From Camelus ferus (Eukaryota): a DNA stretch of 64,000 nucleotides. The position numbers were made by a program, and so were the translations under genes. The notes beneath the pieces are model-generated. The model was not told the DNA's origin and did no database searches. It saw nothing but the letters and a program-made list of their open reading frames with translations. This document shows, piece after piece, positions 46,301-57,350 of the stretch. The stretch is from NCBI RefSeq assembly GCF_009834535.1, contig NC_045707.1:58530001-58594000 (forward strand). The letters are read 5' to 3'. Each line of letters opens with the position of its first letter. Position 1 is the stretch's first letter.

Positions 46301-48114
46301 TTTCTTCAGAGCCAACACTGCTCCCCCAACCTGGGCTTGTCATTAATATTGGGCCCGAGACTCTGAGTGACTAACATAGAACTATGGACAAAGTCTAAAA
46401 ACTTAAGGTTACTGAGATGTACAGAAGAATTTAGGGGATAGTATTTATATGATGTAACAGCAGTGTTTTTAATCCATCGCAACAGTTTATTGATTTTGAA
46501 GAATCTGATCCAAATCCTTATGAAAAGAAAATTACTGTAATAAAATTTTACTTTCAAGGCACTGAACCATATAACTCTATCAATGGAGGTTTGTTACCCT
46601 GAGATCCTGGCTCATTACTTAGCTTCTGTGGACAGGTACACCCTTCTTTCCATAAAGAGTGTATTTATTTGCCAAATATATTTCTATTATTTGTAGCTTA
46701 CTGTTGCCTTTTTTTTTTTTTCTTCCACCTGCATGTAGGTAAAAAGCTTAAAAGAGAAAAAGGGAGAGGGTTGAAGTGATTTGGGGATTCCTCCAGGACA
46801 GCAGTTTCAATGAGAGTGCTGCTTGGTGAGGAAACTTGTAAAAGGGCCAATATCTTCTCAATCTTTACTTCAAAGTTATCTGCGTTCCCTTAAAAGGCAG
46901 AAAGGGGGAGGCGTGTGGACTCAGAAGGTATCAAGTTCAATACTTTATTAAAGTATTCTCATTAGTGAAAATGAAAACAAAGAAAAAGCCGAGTGCTAAA
47001 AAAAAATATATAATGGTACATCCCAGAATTTCCCTCTGGTTTCCGCTGCTAAATTCTTTATCTAATTTAATAGAAACTGGCACAAAGCTGACGGGTCAGC
47101 GGTGCAATAAAAGACCTACATAGTCGTTAGAGTAGGGCGAACACAGCAGTCTCTCAGCCTCTTGCCTTCTGCTGTTTTCTTTCTAGATTTGCATCTGGAG
47201 TCAGACTTCCTGAGTGAAAACGTAGCCTGTGTTTTGACATGCAGCTGCTATATGAGGAAGAGAGATTTAAAACTAATTTTGGATATATTTGTGTAGTATT
47301 TCAGCAAGGTGATTCCTGAGCTATTTTTAATGTATGTCCAAATATTGTTCACTGTCCTTATTTTTCTTAGGTGTGCTTACTTAATACCTTTGAGATGCTA
47401 ATGGAATATAGCTAAATAAGGTTTAGAAACTTGGCTGAGATCTTAATTCACTTAGTGGTTTAACGTACTTACTGATACTTGGTATTACCTGTGCTTTGGA
47501 AATTTATAAAATCTCTCAAGACTAGTTCATTTTAAAGGCATGAGTTTCTTGGGGGAATTTTCTGCATAATAGACCTCCAAAAGGGAAACAAAATTCAAGG
47601 ACACATTTAAACAACCTTCCTGAAATACAGCATCAGTAGCAAATAATTTTGTTAGGTTTCTGCAGTGAATATAGGATGTTGATGGAGTCAGATAACATAC
47701 TCGTTCTTTAAAATCACTATGATAACAAATATTTTATAATAATCCTTTTACTCAGAGTATAAATAATAGATAATATGATCTCCCTGCATAAATAATTTTT
47801 GCAAATCAGTGAAATGGGCGAGCTACAATATAAAGGAGAAACAAGAAAGTAATTTATAATGAAATAATTATATTTCATTATAAAAATCTTCAGGCGAAAC
47901 TACACTAGAAGACACAATGAAGTAACTGAATGCTTGCAGCTGCTAAAAGGGATGTTTGGATTTAGAGAAACAAGACAAAAGATTTGCAAAAATGAAAGAT
48001 CAGAGGTGAGGCAAACATTGGAATAAAAGCTAGAATATTCAGTTTACATCAGAGCCAGGCAAAAACACTTTTGTGTTGATATGTCAAATTGTTCTAAGTT
48101 CAGATCATGATAAG

Positions 48115-48340
48115 CAAGGTTTCCTTCTATATGCATGTCCCAGGGAGACTGTAAAATTTGTGCTGAAGGTGGGGTAGTTTTTCTTTATGTGAAACTTGTC
48201 TCCCATGTTGCAAGATGTGTAGGGCCCTGGGCCCATGGCCTTGAAGTGCAGTAGCTGTGTGTTTCAGCACTGAAAAGGCTCAGTGATTATTCCACAGTAT
48301 CCTGTAGGGGGCAGTGCCAACTCTATAAAGAACCAAACTG
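48115..48340 (-). mobile_element. hAT-Charlie MITE, MER20/MER20B-like
   Basis: Degenerate similarity to antisense MER20 (TTTCTTTATGTG..., CATGTTGCAAGATGTGTAG, CAGTAGC, CCTGTAGGGGGCA, AGAACCA); TIRs eroded. Confidence 0.55.
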
Positions 48341-48377
48341 ACTTTCTGCCGTAAGATTAAGTTTTTCATGTATTCTT

Positions 48378-48507
48378 TATTTTACGGGGGGTAGTAGTGG
48401 GGGTAATTAAGTTTATTTATTTATTTTTAATGGCAGTGCCTGGGATTGAACCCAGCACCTTGTGCATGCTAAGCACACACTCTACCACTGAGCTATACCC
48501 TTCCTGC
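48378..48507 (-). mobile_element. tRNA-derived SINE, Vic-1-like
   Basis: A and B boxes present; TSD TCATGT(A/G)TTCTT at 48366-48377 and 48508-48519. Confidence 0.9.
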
Positions 48508-49723
48508 TCATGTGTTCTTAAAACATACACACATATACCCACACACTCCCTGTATTCACATTGGATTTACATATACACAGTGCATGGCCTACATTTGAAT
48601 CGGAATTAAACTAAACTAGACTCAAATGTTTATCGAGCATAAGCATGATCACTAACTGTGCTGTGAAGGATTGAAACCCTTATCTCTAAGTGTCCTTGTC
48701 CCAAATAGAGTCCTTCAGCATTGCGTTGATGAAGTCACTCAATATTGCAAAGCCCTTTCTCTGAAAATAACACTCATTAGTATTGTAACTTTTTTCTTAA
48801 GAGATTTTTCAACTTAGTAGAGGTTAACAATGAATAATTTCACGTAACATCTTAGCCAGTGCTCTTCTGAAGTGTGAGAAGAACTGAGTCACCAATGATA
48901 GCTGAAGAGTTCATCTACGTGATGAAACGGAATCTAGCCATAAATGCTTAGGCACTACTGGGTTATTCACAGGACGATCTATCAGAGTCAGTCCAGTAAA
49001 AGAAACGCAGAAACGTGAAGTGAATCAACATTTGCCTTTAAAGCCAATGAAAAACTCAGAGTAAGTATTAAACATGTGTTCCAAGTATTCGATCATTTAA
49101 AATAAACAACAAAAGACAAATATCAAATACCAACCAACATCTCTGAACAGGCACACAGAACCCTGATAGCTTCATGTCAGTTGAGAAAGGAACAGTGGGG
49201 AGGTGATTGGTAGCCATTTGATATTCTGTTAAGGAATAATCACAAAACTGTGAATTGTTTCCTGACACAGCCCTGCACCTGCAACCTGAACCACGTGTGC
49301 CTTACTAAGCTTCAGTCTTCTTATCTGTGAAATGGGTATAATAATTATTCTCACTTAGTAGAGATTTTACAGGGCAGAAGGGAGCACGTGCTTCCATGCT
49401 AGGTGGTCAATGAATTTTGGTGATCATTACCATAATTATTGTTATTCACACACTGTGGATTACCGTATGTTCCTAAGGACTCTCCTCATATGTTTCTTGA
49501 GATTATCTTCTTGAATTAACAGTATGCCCTTGGCATTAGCGTATAGCAATGATACGTTCATTCTGCAGCCACATGAAGGAAAACGGTTACTGGACTGCAT
49601 TTTTCCTCACTGATGAATATTTACTTGTGCCATATTTAATCAGTTCTATCACCACTGGCTGTTGAGTTTTGTTGGCTGTTGCTATGAGGGATAACACTGA
49701 GGACACCTACTAGATGTTCAGGA

Positions 49724-49911
49724 CACTACTTTCAAACTGTGTTCCGTACAGCTAGGTGCCTTTGTCGCTGCTGATGTGAGTGTTCCGGGAGGGTGAGTGA
49801 GGAAGGTGCCTTTAACTTACCAAGGCAGCTCTGACTTGCTTTACATAGGTTTCTATATAATATTTCATTTGAACAAAGGGGATCCTTGGCTAAAAAGGTT
49901 TGAAAACTTGT
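49724..49911 (+). mobile_element. hAT-Charlie MITE (MER112-like)
   Basis: TIR-like ends CACTACTTTCAAACTGTGTTCC ... AAAAAGGTTTGAAAAC; internal ATTTCATTTGAACAAAGGGG. Confidence 0.6.
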
Positions 49912-50369
49912 TTTCTAGATCAGTTTCTCCAAGCATGGCACAAGAACCACACTGTTGGATGTAATGTTACTATCTATAATATGGTACTACCTGTACTGTT
50001 ATTTCTAGCATGTTGTCAGATACTTTCAAAGTATGGGGGATAGGGATGTTTGAGGAATTTACATTTCAGTGAGAAAGGAAAAACAAAACAAGATAACCAA
50101 GGTCGAGATTTTAATGGAGAGCTCAGAAAGGTTGGAGGAAGACTCAGATAATTGGGCTTTGGGAAATGAGGGAATTTCTCATCCAAATGGCAACATCTAA
50201 ACTAGTTCTTGAGTGATTTAAAAAAAAAAAAAAAAGAATGTGTCAGGGTTAATGGGGAAAGGGAGTTTAGGAAGAGAGAAAGCTTGAGGGGAGACACCGG
50301 AGTGTGAAAGTACTGGCTGGTTTTAGAGGTTTTTAAGGAGGAGATTTCACAAGACTTAAATGGATGCAG

Positions 50370-50900
50370 GTATAGACCTGGAGATGCACGAGAGCAGGGA
50401 GACGAGGACAATAGTGAGATTTCTTATCTGAATAGCTGGGAGAACGGTGCAGCCCAGGGAGAGCCTGTAGACTAAGAATGGAGCAGTGTTAAAAACACAA
50501 CCCTGTAAACAAGGACCTCTGCCTACTTAAGGGAGGGAAAGACAATGAAAAGAGAGGACCAGTCAATGAAAAGAATAAGGAGGGAAGGAAAGAAGGGGAG
50601 GAAATGAGAGCAGAGTCCTAGAAACCAAGAATTTTCACATGACGAAGGCTGATCATAATAACGATGCAGAAATATCTGATCAAGTGAAGGTTAACAATAA
50701 CCCTCATAATCGTGCATCAGTAAGTACCCGGTGGCCATTTTATTAGTACTTGAAGGGTGGAAATTGGAGTGGAAAACGCTGTGTTGTTAATGGGAGTTGA
50801 AGAAATAGGTGTCAAGGTCTATGTATTCTAATCCATCTGGTGTAGACATGAAGGAGGAAGAGAGAGTGGTGGATGACAACAGAGGAGGTGTAAGGTTAGG
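50370..50900 (-). mobile_element. Degraded L2 fragment
   Basis: Purine-rich, with GTCCTAGAAACCAAG and GAGATTTCTTATCTGAATAGCTGG-type L2 motifs. Confidence 0.45.
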
Positions 50901-51254
50901 AGAAGAAAAGTTTAGAGCATAAGAAGAAAACTGACATTTCAGAAGCACCGGCTATGCATAGAACTTCACAGGTACTTGCTGATATGTGAGCCTTGAGCCT
51001 ACTGTAGGCTAAGAGGAATTAGGGGGTAGGAAAATGAAATTACAGGGGAAAATTAGAGGAGATGATGGGAAGAGGAAACACCAAGAGGGAATTTATCTTT
51101 CTAAGAACAGGCAGCCTTGTAATGAGTTTAAAGAATGCAATGCTTGAATATTGCGCTGCAAAGTTTCTGGAATTTTCTCAATCTTGGGTTGTCTGACCTG
51201 AATAGAGGGCTTTTCTAAAATAGAAACAGACTTGTTAAAAAATGACAGCTTGAG

Positions 51255-51484
51255 TTTAATAATAGCTGACACATACAGAGCGCTTACTCCATGCCAGACA
51301 CTCTGCTAGCACTTTGTATGTGTTGATGCCTTTCCCCCCAAACCTTATAATGGAGATATTCTTTTTATCTCCTTCTTATATCAGAAGAAACTGATGCACA
51401 GAAAGGTGAAGTAACATTCCCGAGGTCACAGAGCTAGTATGTGGCAGAGTTAAGATTTGAACCCATGCAATCTGTGACCAGAGC

Positions 51485-51490
<6 letters not shown>
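51255..51490 (-). mobile_element. MIR SINE (interrupted by L1 at 51491)
   Basis: AATAATAGCTGACAC...GAGCGCTTACTCCATGCCAGACAC...GAAACTGATGCACAGAAAGGTGAAGTAAC...CGAGGTCACAGAGCTAG...GATTTGAACCCA. Confidence 0.88.
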
Positions 51491-51516
<26 letters not shown>

Positions 51517-51839
51517 ACTGAAGTATAGTTGATTAATAATGTGTTAGTTTCTGATGTACAGCATAGTGATTCAGGTTTACACACATACATATTTTCTTTT
51601 TCATTGTAGGTTATTACAAATTATTGATTGTAGTTCTCTGTGCTATACAGTAGAACTTTGTTGTTTATCTATTTTATATACAGTAGTTTATATCTGCTGA
51701 TCCCAAACTCCTAATTTATCCCTCCTCCTTTCCCCTTTGGTAACCATAGGTTTGTTTTCTATTCTGTGAGTCTGTTTTTGCTTTGTAAGTTCGTTCATTT
51801 GTGCTATTTTTTTGAAGAGATCATACAGCATTTGTCTTT
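51491..51839 (-). mobile_element. 5'-truncated L1 3'UTR with (CA)n tail
   Basis: TGAAGTATAGTTGATT...GTTCTCTGTGCTATACAGTAG...TTCCCCTTTGGTAACCATAG; exact 12-bp TSD CAGAGCTTGTGT at 51479-51490 and 51840-51851. Confidence 0.9.
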
Positions 51840-53284
51840 CAGAGCTTGTGTTTTTAGTCCCTGTGTTAAGCTGTCTATCCACTGGTATTTTGCATGAATT
51901 GCCTAACCACCCTTAGCCCACTTGCTCTTATTCTGGGCTAAGAGTCGAGTTCCGGCTATTTGGCTTTCTGCTGTGCTTAAGGAAAGGTGCACTCTACTTC
52001 AAGAAGCTCATGAATATCAAAACCTTAATCACCGCTATTTGGATGACACGAGTGCATGCTTTACAAACCAAGCATGGCCCCAGTCACATTAAAATCAAAG
52101 TTACAAAATAAAGAAACGTTCTGAAAAAAACCTCGTCTGCTTCATTTAGATAACAGTGTGCAGAACGAAGTGAAAGATAAAAATGCTCTGCGTTTACCAT
52201 TTCCTTTTCCTTTTCTTATTTGAAGCCCTGTTTTGCTCTGGATGATATCATCAGGCAATTTGGTTGGAATGCGTTCCATGCTGGACTGTGCCGATTACCC
52301 AACTAATGACATGCACACTCTTTGCCATTGTGACACCCCTCTTCTCACAAGTGGGAATTTCAAGTGACAGACTAAAGCTGTTCGCTATCAATTTGCAAAA
52401 AAACCCACATCTGCCAGATAGCCAAGATTTAGTTCAGAGACGGAAATCAATTAATACTCTAATTTGTTACCTGTCTTTAGCGTCTCGCCATATTATGCCA
52501 AGTCAAAAGTAATCACCTTTATATAACATATGCTCCTAGAGGAATTTGATTTAGGGATATGTTGTATTTTTTTGCATGTCACTCCCTGTGTATAAATCCC
52601 ATTAGAAGTTTCAATTACATGGGTAGTAAAATTGTGATGGATTCAAATGAAAGTATAAAATATGCAGTTACATATTTATAATCAAACGGCATGGCTGTAT
52701 TTATGATTGGGTTTTTCTAACACTTATTTACCAAGCCATTTTAAGATTTTATGGGTTTTACTTGTTTCTTCCCATTAAATCAAGGAGAGAGCTAGCAAAA
52801 TAATATTTCTACAGGTGTTACCCAGATCCTTTGACATTCTGATATTTTAGGTTGCTAGTCACAAGCGAATCTCCAGGCAGGGAAAACTTGATTACCTGGT
52901 CTGAATTCCAGTTTGCAAGAAAGAGATACAGGAATGGGACAGTGGCTTGGGAAGGAATGAAATGAGATTAGCCAAGGGAAAGAAAAGAAAGAAGGGAGAA
53001 TCGCAGAGATATTTTTTCCAGCTGATTGTTTTCTTGCTGATAAACAGGGAGGAAAATATAAAGTAATGCCTGGCTCTAAGTGGAAAAGGCTACAAGATGG
53101 AGCTGTCATTATAAATATGAAAACAACTTTTTTTTTTCAACGTGAATGACACCGTCAAGCATTGAAATGATGCTTTTCGGTGTCAGAAATTTAAAAAAAT
53201 TAATATGCTTTAAATTCTCAGCATCTTAACAAGGTGTCAGAAATCTAAGAGTGGTAGTTCAGGATATAAGTTCAATCAAATTGA

Positions 53285-53660
53285 TTGATTGATTCATTCA
53301 TTTAACAAATAGATAGAATGCCCCATATAGACCAAGGACCACCAGGGACTAGACTATGCATAGAACAGATCCAACTTCTTGCCTTCATAGAGCTTTTTGA
53401 GAGAGAGCTGGAGCAATTTAAAAACAGGTAATAAAATACACAGCATTGCAGATGGTGCTGAGTAATACAGTGAGAAACAGAGCAAGGGAGAAGACAGGAA
53501 ATGCCGGCAAAGATGGGGTAGGATAAAAGAATGAATGCTGGCAAAGATGTGGATGGCTGGGAGGATAATTTTAAAAAGCATGGTTGGGGAAATCCTAGTT
53601 AAGAAGATGACATGCGGCGGAGGCCTATGAGAGAATAGGTTGTGTGGACACATGGGGAAC
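53285..53660 (-). mobile_element. L2 3' end
   Basis: ATTCATTCATTTAACAAATA tail; TTGCCTTCATAGAGCTT; ATGGTTGGGGAAATCC...AAGATGACAT. Confidence 0.75.
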
Positions 53661-54204
53661 TTTAAATCCCACTGTTGACAGTGTTGTGAGGCCTCTCATA
53701 GTGTTTACTCTCCCAGAGAAGGAGATGGTGTTGAAGACAAGGCAGAATATGCATTTAGGTCGGTGTTATTCATTGTCTTCTCTGCCTCTCTATAACACAT
53801 TTCTTTTAAAGCAAATATTTTGATGAAATATTCAAGTGAGAGTTTGCCATGATATAGGAATTCGGTTTTTGCTATGTAGTTGTGACTTCTAAGTTGCATC
53901 AAAAGTGCCAAAAATCAGTCTGTTAGCTCAGTAGCAAAGCAGAGCAGAGAACTTGAGAGCCTGTGATGCCCAACCCAGGGCTCGCTCTGTTGGACCATCT
54001 CCATCTTCACTAGGTTACAGGATCTTCTTGCTGAGAATGGTAATTACTAACATTATTGTACAAAGAGTGCATCTCAGATGTACTTGAATTTGTTGAAAAT
54101 GGACAGACAGATCAACAAGTTGTTAATTCCTTGGGGGATAAGAAGATGATTTCTTGTAGTTTACATTTCTCATTGTCCTTAGAGAATATAGACATTTTAG
54201 AAAT

Positions 54205-54810
54205 CGCTCATCTGGATTATTGCAATATTCTGCTTTCTCTTCTGCCTTTACCCCTCTAAGTACATTTTCAACCCAATAGCAAGGGTGATTCTTAAGAAAA
54301 ATCTATGTCAGATCATGGGACACCTCTGCTGGAAATATCCCAAAGGCATTTTATTTCACGCAGAGGAAAATCCGGGTTCCTTAGAACAATCTACAAGGCT
54401 CCACATGCTGTGGCCTCAGCTACAACCCAGGTCATCCTCTGCCATTCTCCACCTTGTTTTATTCTACTTAAGGCACAGGTTGCTCCTTGCTGATCTAGGC
54501 AGATTATTGCCTTTGTCTGTATTGCCCAGATTTTATAACTTTCTCCCCAAATTCCTCCAAGTTTCCTTACAAGGTGCATCAGCTCAGATCATCCTAAAAT
54601 ATAACAACCCTTCACCCTACACCCCGTTCCCTATCCTACTGACTCTCCTTCAGTTTCCCTTCTATCATTTATCACTACATGATGCATTATATAGATTTGC
54701 CTCTTTACTGATTAAATTACTTCTTTGCTTCCACTATGATATCAGCTTTGTGAGGGCCAAGACCTACTTCCTGACCCCTAGAAACGTATCTAATGCATAG
54801 TAAATATTCA
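54205..54810 (+). mobile_element. L2a-like 3' fragment
   Basis: CTCATCTGGATTATTGCAATA, TGTCAGATCATG, TCAGCTTTGTGAGGGC, CCTAGAAACGTATCTAATGCATAGTAAATATTCA. Confidence 0.8.
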
Positions 54811-55395
54811 GATCTGCAGAAAAAAGACCCACCTGTAGGTTGAGATTTAAAGGCCACTGATTGAACTGAGTGCTACACTCAAACAAATAAACTTAGGTAT
54901 AGATTGTTTTCATCCTGATGACAACAAAGAAAATTCTAAAAGCTATGCAAACGATTTTGAAGTATTAACACATGAATGAAACAAAGCCAAATTTGTACCA
55001 ACGGGAAAGTACATTTTAGCTATTGTTTGTGAATAATCTTCACAGTGGAATGATTTCCTAAATAGAAATAAAAAATACATACACCATGACCCATAAACAT
55101 TAATATTCCCCAGAGAGAGACTGAAAAAGATAAAAAAAAAAAAAGAATCCACCTACATTAAACATAAGTTTTTTTCATAAATGAGATTTTCATGTGTTAA
55201 GTATATTTAAATACTTAATAAGAATATTCCATTTCCAAGAATATTCCATCTTATTTTTGCAATACTCCCATTCCAACAACAAAAAATCAAATGCATGTTG
55301 GTAGTATGTTACAAGAAAATGTGCTTTTTTCCCCCAATGGGTAAGTTGATTTTCAACCATTTATTTTTACTCAGGTAGCAATAAATAATACTCAC

Positions 55396-55561
55396 ATGGA
55401 ATTTTATGCAACTCGTTCATAAACTTCTCCTTCAGCTTAGAAAATGTGTCCTCCTTTCCTTCCCCGGGACTGGCTGGCTCTGTGGCGTTATTTGGTAGAA
55501 CAGTGGCAACAGTGGTGACTGGCGGGGCTGCCAGGGCCTCGTGATGACTTTCACTCACCAT
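55396..55561 (-). CDS. SYT1: Synaptotagmin-1 first coding exon (aa 1-55 plus 1 nt; intravesicular N-terminus)
   Basis: Translates [55 protein letters not shown], near-identical to mammalian SYT1. ATG in strong Kozak context (CCTAAAATGG). Donor CCAT|GTGAGT at 55396/55395; 166 coding nt, phase 1. Confidence 0.98.
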
Positions 55562-55580
55562 TTTAGGTTCAGGTGGAGCT
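55562..55580 (-). other. SYT1: 5'UTR part of the first coding exon (17 or 19 nt, depending on which AG is used)
   Basis: Minus strand reads TTTGCTTCCCTCCCCTCAG-AG-CTCCACCTGAACCTAAA-ATG: a pyrimidine tract followed by two AGs 2 nt apart. Confidence 0.85.
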
Positions 55581-57109
55581 CTGAGGGGAGGGAAGCAAAC
55601 AAAGAACAACTCAAAATGGCTTAACTGATCCCACATCAAAGCTATACCAGAAATGAAAAAACATCAGAGGGTGCACCTGCTCACTGGGTAAATAGTCTGT
55701 CATTAGCATATTACTCTATGTTGGTTCATGAAATATTTATGGACCCACAGCAAAGGTTCTTCCCCAGAAGGTAAGACCAGACACCACTACTGAAAGCATT
55801 CTCGCCCAACAATAATGTGAAAGTGTCAAATCTGTTAGTTACTTATGCAGGCAATTACTGCTCAGTAGATTTAACTTTTTAACCTGGATCTTACTGAAAT
55901 GTGTACGAAACACTTGTTGACAACATACATGCTCTAAACTCTGAACGTTATGTGTTTTCTAAAAGGACAGGAGAGACCAAATATTTACATTGGAAGTGCT
56001 GATATAGCATACATTCAAAATGTTAGTCAATTTAAAAATGGTTATAAAGAACACTATTAAAACATTGATACTCTGGGATTGCTGAATTTTACACAGAAAT
56101 CAGCTCTTGAATCTCACTTATTGACAGTATGTTTTTTTCCTCCTAGTTTTTTTTTTTTTTTTTTTGGCATTTACTATCGACAATACTCTGATCAATTATT
56201 CACCTGTCTTTCTGAGTGAGTTTTTGAAGCCACTGTAAATGTGACATGACTGACATATACCAAAGCACTGATGATAAAACATGACTTTATTTAATTATTT
56301 CAGTTTATTTAGTTTGATTATATTTTGGATTATTTTATTCAATTGATTTCTTCAATTACTTTAAATACTTGTTTATCTTCAAAACATTTAAAAAAATTAA
56401 TCCTTAACGTAGTTAGTGAAAAAAATCTTAGCCTTAGAGAAAACAGTTCTAGTGTTCCTCACTAGCTAAATGAAGACTGACTAGGCATTTAATCTCCTAA
56501 TTTATACACTTTTTGAAATATAAAGAATTGAAACCTGCCCCTAGATTTTTCTTAGTACATGTGGAGTGATCTATAAAAATAAGGTCTTCTAAAGGTGTAG
56601 AACTGAAGTTATGTTTTCACATCTAAACATATTTTGGACTTTAATAATTTTGCGATTTCAGATTTCAGGCTGTGCTGGGGAGAGTGGTTTGGGGGAGAAA
56701 CAGATAAATACAAATAGGCTTGGGTATGAGTGACTTCCCACTCTCAGTAAGAGCTGATGGACCCCTAACGCCCTTTGGACTTGCAAAGAAACGGAAATAA
56801 CCAGCGAATTGGATAAAGGATTTTTATAGAATTCAAACCTTGCATGAATTAATTATGCATACTTACAGATTCAGTAGAAGTATAACTGAAAGTGGAACAA
56901 TTTCGGTTATGCGGGGTTTATTAGAATCTTAATCAAAATCTAGATTTTAGATCTGAAAGGAGATAATGGCTGAGGCCAATCCACATACACAGATAATCAA
57001 TTTTTACTTTATAACAGATTAGTTCTCTTATTTCAAGCTTTTAATTTCAATAGCAGCTACTAATAAAATCCTAAGGGGAAGAACTGGGCAGAGAGGGGCT
57101 CAGGGCATC

Positions 57110-57350
57110 TCTGTTCTTCAGTTTCTTCATTTGTAAAATGAGAATAATCATACCAGATATAGAAGGTTTTAATCTATGTGAAGAATTCAGCACCATGCCT
57201 GGCATGGAAGTTTGTTCCTTGTATTGATCAGTTGATGGACCCAGCAATCAATCAGTTTTACACGTGAGGAGACTAAGGTGATGCAGCTGGTTCAAAGTTA
57301 CACAGTAGCAATTACTGGCAGTTGAGATTTGAACCTAGGTGTCTTAGCCA
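57110..57350. mobile_element. Two MIR fragments in opposite orientation
   Basis: Plus: CTTCAGTTTCTTCATTTGTAAAATGAGAATAAT...CCATGCCTGGCA. Minus: GAGGAGACTAAGG...TCAAAGTTACACAG...GAGATTTGAACCTAGG. Confidence 0.65.

Noticed and set aside
54285..54800. Longest ORF in the track (171 aa, plus strand)
   Set aside because: Starts at GTG, lies wholly within an L2 fossil and resembles no protein; chance ORF.
55562..55639. N-terminal extension MMWDQLSH...PEPK in the ORF track
   Set aside because: It runs through the polypyrimidine tract and acceptor, so most of it is intron. The true start is the Kozak ATG at 55561.
57186..57197. RE1/NRSE left half TTCAGCACCATG in a neuronal gene
   Set aside because: The right half (GACAG) is missing and the match is explained by the MIR 3' motif AGCAC..TGCCTGGCA.
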